A stretch of DNA of 64,000 bases from an uncultured Bacteroidota bacterium (GTDB lineage Bacteria > Bacteroidota > Ignavibacteria > UBA10030): NCBI GenBank assembly GCA_963770945.1, contig CAVYRP010000013.1:79921-143920 (forward strand). Reading direction: 5' to 3'. A model generated the notes under the pieces. It had not been told where the DNA came from. It saw nothing but the letters and a program-made list of their open reading frames with translations, and did not search any database. Shown piece after piece: positions 19,771-28,405 of this stretch. A program made the position numbers and the translations under genes. Position 1 is the first letter of the stretch, and each line of letters begins with the position of its first letter.

Positions 19771-19905
19771 GCCGGAAAATAAATCACATATCGCGGAATA
19801 CAAGCTTCAAACAGACTGCAATATTATAAAATCTAAAAATTGTAATTCGATAAATCTTTTTCAAATTTATTTGTCTTTTGAGTATTGAAAATTGATAATG
19901 CAAGT

Positions 19906-21066
19906 ATGGATCAAAAGAAAGAATTCATCAAAAATTTAAAGAAGGCCTGGCGCGATGAAATGCTGAGCGCACGCAACTATCGTGCATTAGCAGACCGCGA
20001 GCTGCATCCGGAGAAAAAGGCAATACTTTTAAGGATGGCTGAAGCGGAAGACCGGCATGCGGAACGATGGGCATTACGCTTACGCGAATTGGGCAATCCG
20101 GTCGGAACCTATCACGATACACCCGTAGAAGTAATACGCCGCTCTGTACTGCTGAAAAGTTCCACCGAAGAAGCTGCACAAATGCTGGAAGCCGGCGAAA
20201 GCCAGGCAGATGCGTTATATGAAAAAATGATTTTCGCGGCAGAGTCAGAAAAGGATAAGCAGGCGCTCATCGCAGCACAGCGTGAGGAAAATGCTCATAG
20301 TAAAATGCTGGAAGAAATGAGCAACTCTCGAATTTCCCAGCATCCGCAGAGCAAACTTGACCGCCTGTTAGGCAGGGAGCGGTGGCATGTCACTGCAGGC
20401 GGATGGATCGGCCAGGCAATATATGGAGTGAACGACGGGCTTGGAGCGGCATTCGGCGTTGTCAGCGGTGTTGCAGGTGCAACAGCGGCAAACAGCGACT
20501 TCATATTATTAAGCGGACTCGCGGCGGCAATTGCTTCGGCATTATCTATGGGAAGCGGCGCGTACCTTGCAACAAAATCCGAACGCGAAGTTTATGAAGC
20601 AGAACTCGACCGGGAAAAACATGAGATTGAATCGAATCCGGCAGAAGAACGGGAAGAGATGGAACTTTTTTATCAGCTTAAAGGATTTTCTGAAGAAGAA
20701 TCCAGACAAATGACGGCAAAACTTGCAGAGCAGCCCGATCAATTTCTTAAGACGCTGGCGCACGAAGAATTAGGACTGTCTGAAAAAACGTTCCCCAACC
20801 AATGGAAATCTGCATTCAGTGCGACAATCAGCACGGCGCTCGGTGCAATTATTCCGGTAATTCCGTTTATGTTTTGGTCGGGAATGGAAGCATTGATTAT
20901 ATCATTTGTTATTAGCACAGCAGCGCACTTTGCAGTCGGTGCATCGAAGGTGATAGTCACCGGACGCTCATGGCTCAAAAGCGGTACCGAAATGACTCTT
21001 ATCGGATTAGGCGAAGCAATAGCAACATACCTCATCGGTATGCTCATTGCGCCTATGATTGGATGA
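19906..21066 (+). CDS. VIT1/CCC1-family Fe/Mn transporter with N-terminal ferritin-like (erythrin) domain
   Basis: The N-terminal part (WRDEMLSARNYRALA...AEAEDRHAERW) is rubrerythrin/ferritin-like. The C-terminal part (AIYGVNDGLGAAFGVVSGVAGA plus 5 TM) is VIT1-like. The ATG at 19906 is preferred over the TTG at 19885. Confidence 0.8.
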   Translation: MDQKKEFIKNLKKAWRDEMLSARNYRALADRELHPEKKAILLRMAEAEDRHAERWALRLRELGNPVGTYHDTPVEVIRRSVLLKSSTEEAAQMLEAGESQADALYEKMIFAAESEKDKQALIAAQREENAHSKMLEEMSNSRISQHPQSKLDRLLGRERWHVTAGGWIGQAIYGVNDGLGAAFGVVSGVAGATAANSDFILLSGLAAAIASALSMGSGAYLATKSEREVYEAELDREKHEIESNPAEEREEMELFYQLKGFSEEESRQMTAKLAEQPDQFLKTLAHEELGLSEKTFPNQWKSAFSATISTALGAIIPVIPFMFWSGMEALIISFVISTAAHFAVGASKVIVTGRSWLKSGTEMTLIGLGEAIATYLIGMLIAPMIG

Positions 21067-21107
21067 AATAGTTTCGGATTTTAATCCGCGACAAAGGAGA
21101 ATATTGT

Positions 21108-22541
21108 ATGGCAGACCCGCGAAAAATAATTGATTTCAATTCACCCCAGCCGGTATCGACCGAAGGACGCGTACCGCCGCAGGCGATGGATATAGAAGCC
21201 GCTGTCATCGGTGCTATGCTGCTGGAAAAGGATGCCATCGCCAAAGCGATTGAAGTTCTAGACGACACTGCTTTCTACAAGCCGGCACATCAAAGCGTCT
21301 ACCGCGCTATAATGGCTTTGTTTGAACGAAGCGAACCGGTCGACCTTATAACATTGACTGAAGAACTCCGCCGCCGCAGCGAGCTGGAAAAAATCGGCGG
21401 TGAATACTACCTTACTGAACTCACGACAAAAGTTTCCAGCGCCGCTAATGTTGAATACCACGCGCACATCGTTCTGGAACGCGCGCTTATGCGCCAGCTT
21501 ATTCATTCGTCATCGGAAGTTATTAACCGCGCATACAGCGAAACCGAAGACGCGCTTGACCTGATTGATGAAGCAGAGCAAAAAATATTCGACATCTCGG
21601 AAAAGCGGATGAAGAAAAGCTTTGTTTCGATGAACGCCGCAGTACATAAAACGATGGATTTGCTTCAAAGCATTCACGGCAAGCACAGCGGTGTTACCGG
21701 CGTGCCATCCGGCTTCGCCGATCTGGATTCACTGACAGGCGGATTCCAAACATCCGATCTAATTATTATTGCCGGCCGGCCGTCGCAGGGCAAAACAGCA
21801 TTTGCACTATCAATTGCGCGCAATGCCTCGGTAATGCACGACTTTGCTATCGGAATCTTCAGCCTCGAAATGTCGACGCAGCAATTGGTGATGCGATTGA
21901 TGTGCGCCGAAGCCCGCGTGGATGCACATAAAGTCCGTACAGGACGCCTGCCGGAAGATGAATGGAAAAAACTCAGTACCAGCGTCGGACGGCTTTATAA
22001 AACGAAAATGTTTATTGACGATACACCGGGGCTTGCTGTGTTAGAATTACGTGCGAAAGCCCGCCGGTTAAAGGTCGAACATAATATCGGACTTATCATT
22101 GTCGATTACCTTCAATTGATGCAGGGGCCGAGGAACGCTCAAAGCCGCGAGCAGGAAATATCGGCTATCTCGCGTTCATTGAAAGCGCTTGCTAAAGAAC
22201 TGAACCTGCCGGTAATTGCATTATCACAATTAAACCGTTCGGTTGAATCAAGAAACGACAAGAGGCCGGCACTTTCGGACTTACGCGAATCCGGGGCAAT
22301 CGAACAGGATGCCGATGTCGTGATGTTCGTTCATCGTCCGGAAATGTTCGGTATTCAGGAACAGGACGGCGAAGCAACAGAAGGGCTGGCAGAAATTATC
22401 ATTGGAAAACAGCGTAACGGCCCTACAGATACTGTAAGACTGCAGTTCATCAAGCAGTACGCACGATTTGAAAGCCGATTGACCCACAGGCCTGAAGCAT
22501 TTTTACAGGCTGAATCCGAAAGAGATGAAACACCTTTTTAG
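21108..22541 (+). CDS. dnaB: replicative DNA helicase DnaB
   Basis: Contains PPQAMDIEAAVIGAML, Walker A GRPSQGKTAF, IIVDYLQLM and ALSQLNRSVESR. Confidence 0.95.
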   Translation: MADPRKIIDFNSPQPVSTEGRVPPQAMDIEAAVIGAMLLEKDAIAKAIEVLDDTAFYKPAHQSVYRAIMALFERSEPVDLITLTEELRRRSELEKIGGEYYLTELTTKVSSAANVEYHAHIVLERALMRQLIHSSSEVINRAYSETEDALDLIDEAEQKIFDISEKRMKKSFVSMNAAVHKTMDLLQSIHGKHSGVTGVPSGFADLDSLTGGFQTSDLIIIAGRPSQGKTAFALSIARNASVMHDFAIGIFSLEMSTQQLVMRLMCAEARVDAHKVRTGRLPEDEWKKLSTSVGRLYKTKMFIDDTPGLAVLELRAKARRLKVEHNIGLIIVDYLQLMQGPRNAQSREQEISAISRSLKALAKELNLPVIALSQLNRSVESRNDKRPALSDLRESGAIEQDADVVMFVHRPEMFGIQEQDGEATEGLAEIIIGKQRNGPTDTVRLQFIKQYARFESRLTHRPEAFLQAESERDETPF

Positions 22542-22592
22542 ATTGGAGATTTCCTGCCGTAGATTTGAATCGAATAATTAAAGAAGGCGCTT

Positions 22593-23474
22593 ATGAACCG
22601 TCGCACATTTCTAAAATCGATTCCTGTTACTGCCCTGATTCCTTCTCTTTTCGCTGAAGAAAAGAACGCTGCAGCCGATCTTCCTTCCGATCCGAACGAA
22701 TTAATCTGCAGGAATAAATTTGATATCGCTCTTTCCCTCAAACTCGCCGGCAGGCCGATCAATGAAATAATTATTGAGATAGCAAAATCATTTATCGGAG
22801 TTGACTATGCTGCCGGCACTCTTGAAACTTCCGGCGAGGAACGGCTTCTTGTTAATTTGCAGGCCCTGGACTGTGTGACTTTTTTCGAGAACTCGCTAGT
22901 TCTCGCTCGATGCGTAAAGAAGAACCGAATGACATTTGAAGACTATAAAAAGGAATTGCAATTTGTCCGTTACCGCAGCGGCATAATCGACAGGTACCCA
23001 AGCAGGCTGCATTATATTTCGGATTATTTTTATGATAACGAGAAGAAAGCCGTGCTGAAGAATGTTACAAAAGAACTGGGCGGGATACGATTTAAAAAGA
23101 AAATAAATTTTATGTCTACGCACCCTGATTCCTATTTACAATTGAGAGAAAATCCGGAATTTTTAAATACGATCTCAGCGCAGGAAGCGGAAATAAATAA
23201 ACGGCCGATATATCACATACCCAAATCGTATGTAAAAAAACTCGCATCAGGGATTAAAGACGGGGACATTCTGGGCATCACAACAACCGTCAAAGGATTA
23301 GATTGTTCGCATACCGGTATTGCTGTCCGGCAGAACGGTAAATTGCATATGATCCATGCACCGGCTCCCGGTCTAAAAGTACAAATCACAGAAATACCGC
23401 TTTGGGAATATCTTATGAGAATAAAGAAGGATTCGGGAATAATGGTAGCAAGAGCTTTGGAACCGAAAATGTAA
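22593..23474 (+). CDS. DUF1460-like (amidase-like) exported protein
   Basis: Has a Tat-like signal MNRRTFLKS. LDCVTFFENSLVLARC and GDILGITT...LDCSHTGI resemble the DUF1460/NlpC-like fold (family assignment from memory). Confidence 0.5.
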   Translation: MNRRTFLKSIPVTALIPSLFAEEKNAAADLPSDPNELICRNKFDIALSLKLAGRPINEIIIEIAKSFIGVDYAAGTLETSGEERLLVNLQALDCVTFFENSLVLARCVKKNRMTFEDYKKELQFVRYRSGIIDRYPSRLHYISDYFYDNEKKAVLKNVTKELGGIRFKKKINFMSTHPDSYLQLRENPEFLNTISAQEAEINKRPIYHIPKSYVKKLASGIKDGDILGITTTVKGLDCSHTGIAVRQNGKLHMIHAPAPGLKVQITEIPLWEYLMRIKKDSGIMVARALEPKM

Positions 23475-23505
23475 AATTGAACGGAATAAAGAAAGAGGAA
23501 TATAA

Positions 23506-24048
23506 ATGAAGATAGGTATTAAGGCACATTCCCGCCTATCTATTGTTCATGGTGATATCACAACGCAATTAGTCGATGCTGTTGTCAATGCAGCCAATAA
23601 CTCGCTGCTGGGCGGAGGAGGAGTCGATGGAGCAATTCATCAAGCTGCCGGGCCGATGCTGCTGGAAGAATGCCGGACTCTAGGAGGCTGCGAGACCGGA
23701 AATGCTAAAATAACTAGGGGCTACAATCTTCCGGCAAATTATATTATACATACTGTCGGTCCTGTCTGGCAGGAAGGAATTAAGAATGAAGATGCTTTAC
23801 TTGCAAAATGTTATCGAAGCTGTTTTGTGCTTACGCGTAAGCACGGTATTAAAACTATCGCATTTCCTTCTATTAGTACAGGTGTTTATCGATTTCCGGT
23901 GGATCGGGCTTCTCGTATTGCACTAAAAGAAATATTCCACGAACTTGAAACCAATATTGAACTCGAACGTGTGATTATTGTATGTTTTGACCGAAAAACA
24001 TATGACACATATATATCGATGGAAAAGGAATTGTTCGGTAAAAAATAA
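23506..24048 (+). CDS. macro-domain protein (O-acetyl-ADP-ribose deacetylase, YmdB-like)
   Basis: Contains [30 protein letters not shown] and [12 protein letters not shown]. Confidence 0.88.
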   Translation: MKIGIKAHSRLSIVHGDITTQLVDAVVNAANNSLLGGGGVDGAIHQAAGPMLLEECRTLGGCETGNAKITRGYNLPANYIIHTVGPVWQEGIKNEDALLAKCYRSCFVLTRKHGIKTIAFPSISTGVYRFPVDRASRIALKEIFHELETNIELERVIIVCFDRKTYDTYISMEKELFGKK

Positions 24049-24068
24049 TGTTTGGAAACTAAGAACGT

Positions 24069-25052
24069 ATGAAATCAAGATATATCCTATGGCTTCTATT
24101 ATTTACCGCAGCTTTTAATATTAGAATTTATGCACAGAGACCGATCGTCAGCCCGCGCGATTCAGTAAAAGCAGTATTCAACGGAAAAAAAATCGTTATT
24201 AATTACGGCAAACCGTCAGTTCTCGGCAGAAAAATCTTCGGCGCATTTGTCCCGTATTACAAAATTTGGAGGACAGGTGCCGGAGCAGCTACCACATTAA
24301 TAACAGAGGTAGACCTTGAAGTCGATGGAGCGGTCGTTCCGCAGGGCACTTATTCGCTTTATACACTTCCCTCCGGAGAACGGTGTAAACTCATCATAAA
24401 CAAACAGACAGGACAGTGGGGAACGGAATATAATCCCCGGCTTGATCTTGCCCGTGTTGATATGAATGTTATAAAATTGAAATCTCTTGTTGAAGAACTA
24501 ACATTCAAGATAGAAAAGAACGGCAATGATAACGGGACGCTAAGAATCGAATGGGCAAATACCTCTTTATCGGTTCCTTTCCATTTCAGTAATGAACCTT
24601 TGGTGCCAAGTCCGCGCGATTCGGCGGAGCTTACATTGAACGGAAAGAACATATCGGTAAATTACGGCAGCCCGTCGATGCGCGGCAGAAAAATAATGGG
24701 AAGCGTTGTCCCATACGGCAAAGTATGGCGAACCGGTGCCAACGCTGCTACAGGATTTACAACTCAAGCGGATTTAATAATAGGGAATATAAAAATACCG
24801 CGCGGATCTTATACGCTGTTCTCTATCCCGTCGGCTAAACAATGGAAGCTCCTCATCAATAAACAGACAGGACAGTGGGGAACGGTATATCAGGAAAAAC
24901 TTGACATAGCGCGAATTCCTCTAAAGAAGAAGACACTGACGGATAAAGTAGAAAGATTTACAATAACATTGGAACGCACCGGCGATAAATCCGGCGTGAT
25001 GAAATTCTCCTGGGAAAAAACGCAATTATCATTTAACTTTCAGATTAAATAG
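24069..25052 (+). CDS. exported protein with two tandem DUF2911-like domains
   Basis: Signal peptide present. Two halves of about 150 aa each carry NYG.PS..GRKI.G..VPY.K.WRTGA.AAT and LIINKQTGQWGT. Confidence 0.65.
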   Translation: MKSRYILWLLLFTAAFNIRIYAQRPIVSPRDSVKAVFNGKKIVINYGKPSVLGRKIFGAFVPYYKIWRTGAGAATTLITEVDLEVDGAVVPQGTYSLYTLPSGERCKLIINKQTGQWGTEYNPRLDLARVDMNVIKLKSLVEELTFKIEKNGNDNGTLRIEWANTSLSVPFHFSNEPLVPSPRDSAELTLNGKNISVNYGSPSMRGRKIMGSVVPYGKVWRTGANAATGFTTQADLIIGNIKIPRGSYTLFSIPSAKQWKLLINKQTGQWGTVYQEKLDIARIPLKKKTLTDKVERFTITLERTGDKSGVMKFSWEKTQLSFNFQIK

Positions 25053-25125
25053 GTTATATGCTATAACTCTTTACCGATAGCATCGAATTCCTGATTGCTC
25101 CCGCGGACTTTAGAGCGGAATGTAT

Positions 25126-25944
25126 CTACAGCTTCTTTCTTTGTCTTGCCGCTTCGTATAAAAACACAGCATTGGCATTTGCCACATTCAGCGAATCAAC
25201 TCCAAGCTGCATTGGAATTGCTGCTGCGATATCACAGGCCGAAAGGACGTGTTGACTGATACCGTCGCCCTCACTTCCAAAGACAATACAACAGTGTTCG
25301 GAGAAATCTACGTTCTGAATATTGTACTCTTTCGCATGAGGATGCGCGGCAATAATATTAAATTCATGATCGTTCCGGAGCAATTTTAGAGTCTCAGCAA
25401 GATTCCTGCAATGCACAACCGGAATCTTAAATACCGTACCCAAGGAATTTCTTACAGCCCGGCGTAAATAAGGGCTGCTTGATGTCTCGCCGACAAGAAC
25501 TGCCTGCACTCCAAATGCGGCGCAGTTGCGGACAAGCACGCCGATATTTTCGGAATTTGTAAGTCCGTCAATCGCTACAAATAAATACGGAGAATTAGAT
25601 TCTGAAAGAACCGAGTCAAGACTTGCTTGAATTGGAATTTTACCTAATGCCATGATTCCCTGATGCAAATCGAATCCGACGATTGTATCCAGCAGTTTTT
25701 TTTCTCCGACAAACACTTTTATATTTTCAGGTCTTTCTGATATAAATTCATTGTATTGTTCCAACCGCTCGGGCGATATAAGCACGGAGAGAACATACAA
25801 TGGACTTTCTAAAAGACGTAATACTACTTTTTCTCCCTCTGCTATAAATATTCCTTGTCGAAAGTGGTCTGTGGATTGGCGTAAAGTGCGGTACGGCGCC
25901 AAATCAGGATTTTCAAGAGTTGTTATCGGAATTAATGTAATCAA
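25126..25944 (-). CDS. TrmH/SpoU family RNA 2'-O-methyltransferase
   Basis: Contains NSENIGVLVRNCAAFG, VFGSEGDGIS and IPMQLGVDSLNVANANAVFLYE. Confidence 0.82.
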   Translation of the reverse strand: MITLIPITTLENPDLAPYRTLRQSTDHFRQGIFIAEGEKVVLRLLESPLYVLSVLISPERLEQYNEFISERPENIKVFVGEKKLLDTIVGFDLHQGIMALGKIPIQASLDSVLSESNSPYLFVAIDGLTNSENIGVLVRNCAAFGVQAVLVGETSSSPYLRRAVRNSLGTVFKIPVVHCRNLAETLKLLRNDHEFNIIAAHPHAKEYNIQNVDFSEHCCIVFGSEGDGISQHVLSACDIAAAIPMQLGVDSLNVANANAVFLYEAARQRKKL

Positions 25945-26057
25945 ATTATTCGATGCAGCAATCGTCTGTAAAATAGGTTTTTTTTAATAATACGAAGAAG
26001 TCCCAACCAAACCAATCTCAACTTATCAGAGGAACTTAACTATCAGGTACATGGGCG

Positions 26058-26086
26058 TTGACATTCCATTAAAAAGGACGTATCAT
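26058..26086 (+). promoter_or_regulatory. sigma70-like promoter candidate upstream of the STAS gene
   Basis: TTGACA (26058..26063), a 17-nt spacer, then TATCAT (26081..26086). It lies about 55 nt upstream of the ATG at 26141. Whether this lineage uses that consensus is not established. Confidence 0.35.
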
Positions 26087-26140
26087 TTCATTATATAACA
26101 TATTAAAAACGGTCAATTTTTATTGCACAAAGGAATATGT

Positions 26141-26479
26141 ATGACAATAAAAGAAAAAATGCATGGCACAGTTGCAGTTTTAAGTCTAAAAGGCAACTTG
26201 ATGGGAGAGCCGGATACTGAAAATCTACGTGATAAAATTTACAGCTTGCTGCAGGAAGGATTTATAAAGATTGTTGTTGATATGAAAGGCGTAAGATGGA
26301 TCAGCAGCACCGGTTTAGGTACGTTAATTGCCGCATTGACATCGGTCCGAAATAAATCCGGCGATTTACGCCTGGCAAATATCACAGAGAAGGTGGAAAG
26401 TTTATTTGCAATTACGCAATTGGTAAAAGTTTTTAAAACTTACGAAACCGTAGATCGGGCCATTGCGAGCTTTAAATAA
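26141..26479 (+). CDS. STAS-domain anti-sigma-factor antagonist (SpoIIAA-like)
   Basis: Contains VVDMKGVRWISSTGLGTLIAAL...LRLANI...LFAITQL. The conserved phosphorylatable Ser context (SSTGLG) is present. Confidence 0.8.
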   Translation: MTIKEKMHGTVAVLSLKGNLMGEPDTENLRDKIYSLLQEGFIKIVVDMKGVRWISSTGLGTLIAALTSVRNKSGDLRLANITEKVESLFAITQLVKVFKTYETVDRAIASFK

Positions 26480-26654
26480 TATTCTTTTTGCAAAAATGCC
26501 GAACACGGATTTTATTGCAAAAAAATCTCGCAGGAATCTCCCGTGATACACCCGCATACACTATCACATTGGAACTTTCCTCCGGGCAAATTGGAATGCT
26601 CCGCAGACTTATTACAGTTCTCAAATTGATGATTCGTCATTTGACAATCATATC

Positions 26655-27596
26655 ATGCAAGTAGTCTTACCCATAGCGATTATCGGCCTTGTTGTTTCAT
26701 GGATGCTGCTTCGCCGGCTCACACGAATATGGATACGGAGGCCTTTAACTGTTTCCGAATCCATTATTGCCGGGGTTATGGCCTGGCTGTTTCTTTTATC
26801 GATATTGGCATGGTTAGGCGGAATTGGCTTAGCATGCATAGATTCTTTTTATTCCCGTAAATTAACGGATATTGGAATTCTTCTTTTTTCCATATTGCTC
26901 ACAGTTTATGCATTGAAATTTTTCTTTCAGTCGAGATCTGAACAGGGTTTCGAAGAGACTGTGGACTTCTGGAAAGAAGCAATTCAGTTTCGGCGCTCTG
27001 CACAGCGAGGACCCGATGTACATTCATTGATGCGCCAGGAACAGGATCGCAGAAATAAACATGCTGTAACTAATTCATCATCCCGGGAGCATAGAATTCT
27101 GCAGGCAGATTTAGACAAAGAAAAAGAATACGAAGCACAGCTTGCTCTCCTGAGAAATGGTGCTAATATAGATATCAGCGAGTTGTGGCATGTTCAAACG
27201 CGGACGCATTCATCTCAAACATTATTCAATAAGGTTCAAGAAGTCCGAATTGACCCGAATAAAAAACGCCTTTTTCTAAGCATCAATTTTCCTGAAATGA
27301 ACGAAGAAATATTAAAAGATGAAACATCGGTGTTGCGATTAAATCGGCAGGTGTACGATTTTTTCCAATCAATGAATGCAGAGCCATGGCTCAAACCGTA
27401 TATTGCATACATTGAAAAATACTTCATGATATGCCGGGCAACCAGGAAAGCTCCGGATGGTACTGAAATCTTATATCCTTTTATGAAAGTAGAAGTATTG
27501 ATTTCTGAGTTACGCGAACTGGAGGGTTCCTATTTTAATCCACGTAAACTTTCCGAGATTGCAGCCCTTACTTTTAACGGCGGTGCTCAAGTATAA
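26655..27596 (+). CDS. hypothetical membrane-anchored protein
   Basis: 313 aa with 3-4 N-terminal TM helices, then a soluble region of about 190 aa. No family recognised. Confidence 0.5.
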   Translation: MQVVLPIAIIGLVVSWMLLRRLTRIWIRRPLTVSESIIAGVMAWLFLLSILAWLGGIGLACIDSFYSRKLTDIGILLFSILLTVYALKFFFQSRSEQGFEETVDFWKEAIQFRRSAQRGPDVHSLMRQEQDRRNKHAVTNSSSREHRILQADLDKEKEYEAQLALLRNGANIDISELWHVQTRTHSSQTLFNKVQEVRIDPNKKRLFLSINFPEMNEEILKDETSVLRLNRQVYDFFQSMNAEPWLKPYIAYIEKYFMICRATRKAPDGTEILYPFMKVEVLISELRELEGSYFNPRKLSEIAALTFNGGAQV

Positions 27597-27685
27597 GATG
27601 CCGAAATCTAATCAAAACCAACACTTGTTCTTTCTTTACATGGTACCACCGCGAGGAATTTCAAGTACTACTGATCCTCGTCGGA

Positions 27686-28337
27686 TTGATTATTTTCTTT
27701 GCCAGGTCGTATTGGGTGCTGATGACCCTTGCTTTTTTTGTGATCGCCGTACTGGCATTGTTATACTTTATGCGAATTCTTGAAGGATACTTCAAAAAGA
27801 GGAAACTCTTTCCTTCAAGTGTTCAGCGATATAAGGACTTAAAATCGGCTCTCCACGGACACTCCGTCGAACGTTCGCGCATAGCAATGGCTCTTCTTGC
27901 GGCATGGATCCTGGGTGTTTTGTGCCTGCATCGGATTCAATTAGCACAAATAAGCCCGACCGATAGAACACCGACCGATATCTATTGGATTATATTTCCT
28001 AGGATGGTATTGCATCACGTGTACTGTCATGGCACTTTACCTGATGTGGTTATGGAACACCTGGAGCCAAAAGGAATCTAAACACATACCTTTCTTCGAC
28101 GGCCTTGTGGCAAGTTTCTTTTTTTATCATGGCCTCTCGCGGAAAAACAGAATCGTCACATTCGTAGCGGCATTTTTACTTGGAGGAATACCCTCATATA
28201 TTGCAATCAGACTTACACCCGAAACGCCGCATGCGTATGAAATCGCGGCCGGATTGACTATACCGGTGGTTGGATTCATACTTGGCGGCGCATACTACAC
28301 AATGCTGCATTTACACAATTCTTCAAAACATTATTAA
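27686..28337 (+). CDS. hypothetical polytopic membrane protein, probably one gene with a frame break
   Basis: ORFs 27686..28081 and 28029..28337 are both hydrophobic and overlap. The second frame is already membrane-like upstream of its Met (GLYFLGWYCITCTV). Net +1 shift. The start is uncertain. Confidence 0.35.
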
Positions 28338-28405
28338 CGTTCGATTTACTCAATTATTTTTTTAAGACGTTAATTCTGCATTCATATTCCAGTTAGTTAC
28401 ACTTT

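Noticed and set aside
19906-21066. The ferritin-like domain fused to a VIT1 transporter as a novel architecture.
   Set aside because: This erythrin-VIT1 fusion is a known, widespread family.
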